Shown here: positions 62,615 through 64,000 of the stretch, piece after piece | Layout of the letters: each line of letters opens with the position of its first letter | Position numbering within the stretch: position 1 is the stretch's first letter | DNA from: an uncultured delta proteobacterium | Lineage (GTDB): Bacteria > Desulfobacterota > Syntrophorhabdia > Syntrophorhabdales > WCHB1-27 | Assembly (NCBI GenBank): GCA_963810935.1 | Contig: CAWEPK010000012.1 | Location: forward strand, 288,001-352,000 | Reading direction: 5' to 3' | Length of the DNA stretch: 64,000 bases | The notes under the pieces: model-generated | What the model saw: only the letters and a program-made list of their open reading frames with translations | What the model was told of the DNA's origin: nothing | Databases searched by the model: none | Translations under genes and position numbers: made by a program

Positions 62615-64000
62615 TTAAGGCACGGACGGGATGTTGTATTCCTTGAGGAGGGCGTAGAGGCGGGAGCGGGAGAGACCGGAGATGCGGCAGGCTTCCTTTA
62701 TCTCTCCCTTCGTCCTGAAAATCAGTGCCTGGAGGTACCGGCGCTCGGCAACCGCCCTGTACTCGGGCAGTGTGCCGAAGGGCGCCAGTGCTGGCTCGCT
62801 GCCTGCCGGAGCGCCTTCGGCTGGGTCGCCGCCTGCCGGCTCCTTGCGCACGGATGAGCGGGCGATCTTCACGCGTATGTCTATGGGCAGGTGCTTAGGG
62901 TAGAGGGTCGGCTCGTTGTAAGCGTCCGATACTGCGCGCTCGACTGCGCTGACCAGCTCGCGCACGTTGCCCGGCCAGTCATAGAGCATCAGGGCGTCGA
63001 AGAATTCCGGCGAGAAGCCTTTCGTCCCTATGCCGTAACGCTCGCAGACACGCGCCATGTGGTGCATGGCAAGCTCCTTGATATCTTCCGTGCGGGCGGA
63101 AAGCGGCGGCAGCTCGATGGTGATCGTGCGGAGGCGGAAAAGGAGGTCCGACCGGAATGCGTCTTCCCGCACCATCTTTTCCAGGTCCTTGTTCGTGGCG
63201 GCCAACAGCCGGAAATCGCTCTCTACCTCGTTCTTTGCGCCGACGGGCCTGAAGCGGTGCTCCTGGAGCACGCGCAGAAAGGCTTTCTGCAGCACAGGAG
63301 GAAGCTCGCCTATCTCATCGAGGAAGAGTGTGCCCCTGTGGGCCTGCTTTATGAGGCCGTCGGACGCCCTGTCCGCCCCGGTGAACGCGCCCTTCTCGTG
63401 GCCGAAGAGGACGCTCTCCACGAGCGTCTCCGGCAGGGCCGTGCAGTCGACGACTACGAAGTTGTTATCCTTCCGCCTGCTGTTCTCGTGAATGGCCCGC
63501 GCGAAGACTTCTTTGCCCGTGCCGGTCGGCCCGGTGACCAGCACGTTCGCCTCGCTGTGCGCAGCCTGCGCCAGGATATCGAAGCATGCCTTCATTTTCG
63601 GGCTGTTGCCTATGATGCCCGTCGTCTTCAGGGCAGCCATCGGCTTGCGCGCATTCTTCTCCTGCCTGTACTGGAGCGCCCGTGCCAGCGTGAGGGACAT
63701 CTCCTTCGTCGTCGAGGACTTCTGTATGTAGTCCCACGCGCCGTTCTTGATGGCAAGCTCCGCGCCGTCCGGGTCTCCGAGGCCCGTTATAATGATTACC
63801 TCCGGCGGGGCGGGCAGCTCGCGTATCCTGGGCAGGAGGTCGAGGCCGCTGCCGTCGGGCATCCTTATGTCGAGGAAGATTACGTCGAAGTCTTCGGAGG
63901 CGGCCCTTGCGAAGCCGTTCGCCAGGGTGCGGGCCGAAACTGCCGAATGGCCGATGTCCTCGACCATGAGGCAGAGCATCTCGCAGACAAGCTCGTCATC
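62615..64000 (-). CDS. Sigma54-dependent NtrC-family response regulator (5' end outside the window)
   Basis: REC 'FLDIRMPDGSG', 'GPTGTGKE', GAFTGA, 'LFLDEIGE', 'WPGNVREL', Fis-type HTH. Confidence 0.92.
   Translation of the reverse strand, partial: DDELVCEMLCLMVEDIGHSAVSARTLANGFARAASEDFDVIFLDIRMPDGSGLDLLPRIRELPAPPEVIIITGLGDPDGAELAIKNGAWDYIQKSSTTKEMSLTLARALQYRQEKNARKPMAALKTTGIIGNSPKMKACFDILAQAAHSEANVLVTGPTGTGKEVFARAIHENSRRKDNNFVVVDCTALPETLVESVLFGHEKGAFTGADRASDGLIKQAHRGTLFLDEIGELPPVLQKAFLRVLQEHRFRPVGAKNEVESDFRLLAATNKDLEKMVREDAFRSDLLFRLRTITIELPPLSARTEDIKELAMHHMARVCERYGIGTKGFSPEFFDALMLYDWPGNVRELVSAVERAVSDAYNEPTLYPKHLPIDIRVKIARSSVRKEPAGGDPAEGAPAGSEPALAPFGTLPEYRAVAERRYLQALIFRTKGEIKEACRISGLSRSRLYALLKEYNIPSVP

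Overview
A GC-rich (roughly 60%, estimated by eye) chromosomal window from an anaerobic bacterium. The gene content suggests Desulfobacterota, possibly Syntrophorhabdus-like (inference). Many genes are split by single-base indels that look like long-read consensus errors. Contents in order: (1) a lower-GC islet with a NucS-like/DUF4268 gene and a membrane-anchored HerA-type ATPase; (2) PfpI, Wzx, GNAT and SAM-methyltransferase genes; (3) a Tat-less, anchor-less reductive dehalogenase followed by a tightly linked corrinoid protein, MtaA/CmuA methyltransferase, RACo activator and PAS/GAF hybrid kinase; (4) IclR, phenylacetate-CoA ligase and a TRAP transporter; (5) a RelBE islet; (6) a 2-oxoacid oxidoreductase with a GltD-like subunit, GntR, TRAP and a LarA-family racemase; (7) a VPLPA-CTERM protein; (8) an HD-STAND-TPR-SEC-C NLR-like gene; (9) higBA with a nonsense-mutated toxin; (10) a complete IS1595 element with TIRs, an 8-bp TSD, passenger genes, an antisense micro-ORF and a candidate ncRNA; (11) a padEFGHI-like phenylglyoxylate oxidoreductase operon; (12) hybrid kinase-kaiC-kaiB-kaiB; (13) two tandem RpoH-like sigma factors, each behind a sigma54-like promoter; (14) a ~7.5 kb FHA-like exoprotein with two TPS domains; (15) a partial NtrC-type regulator. 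Five copies of an intergenic palindromic repeat family are dispersed through the window. The best candidate for an undescribed system is the RdhA + corrinoid/methyltransferase/activator/kinase module.
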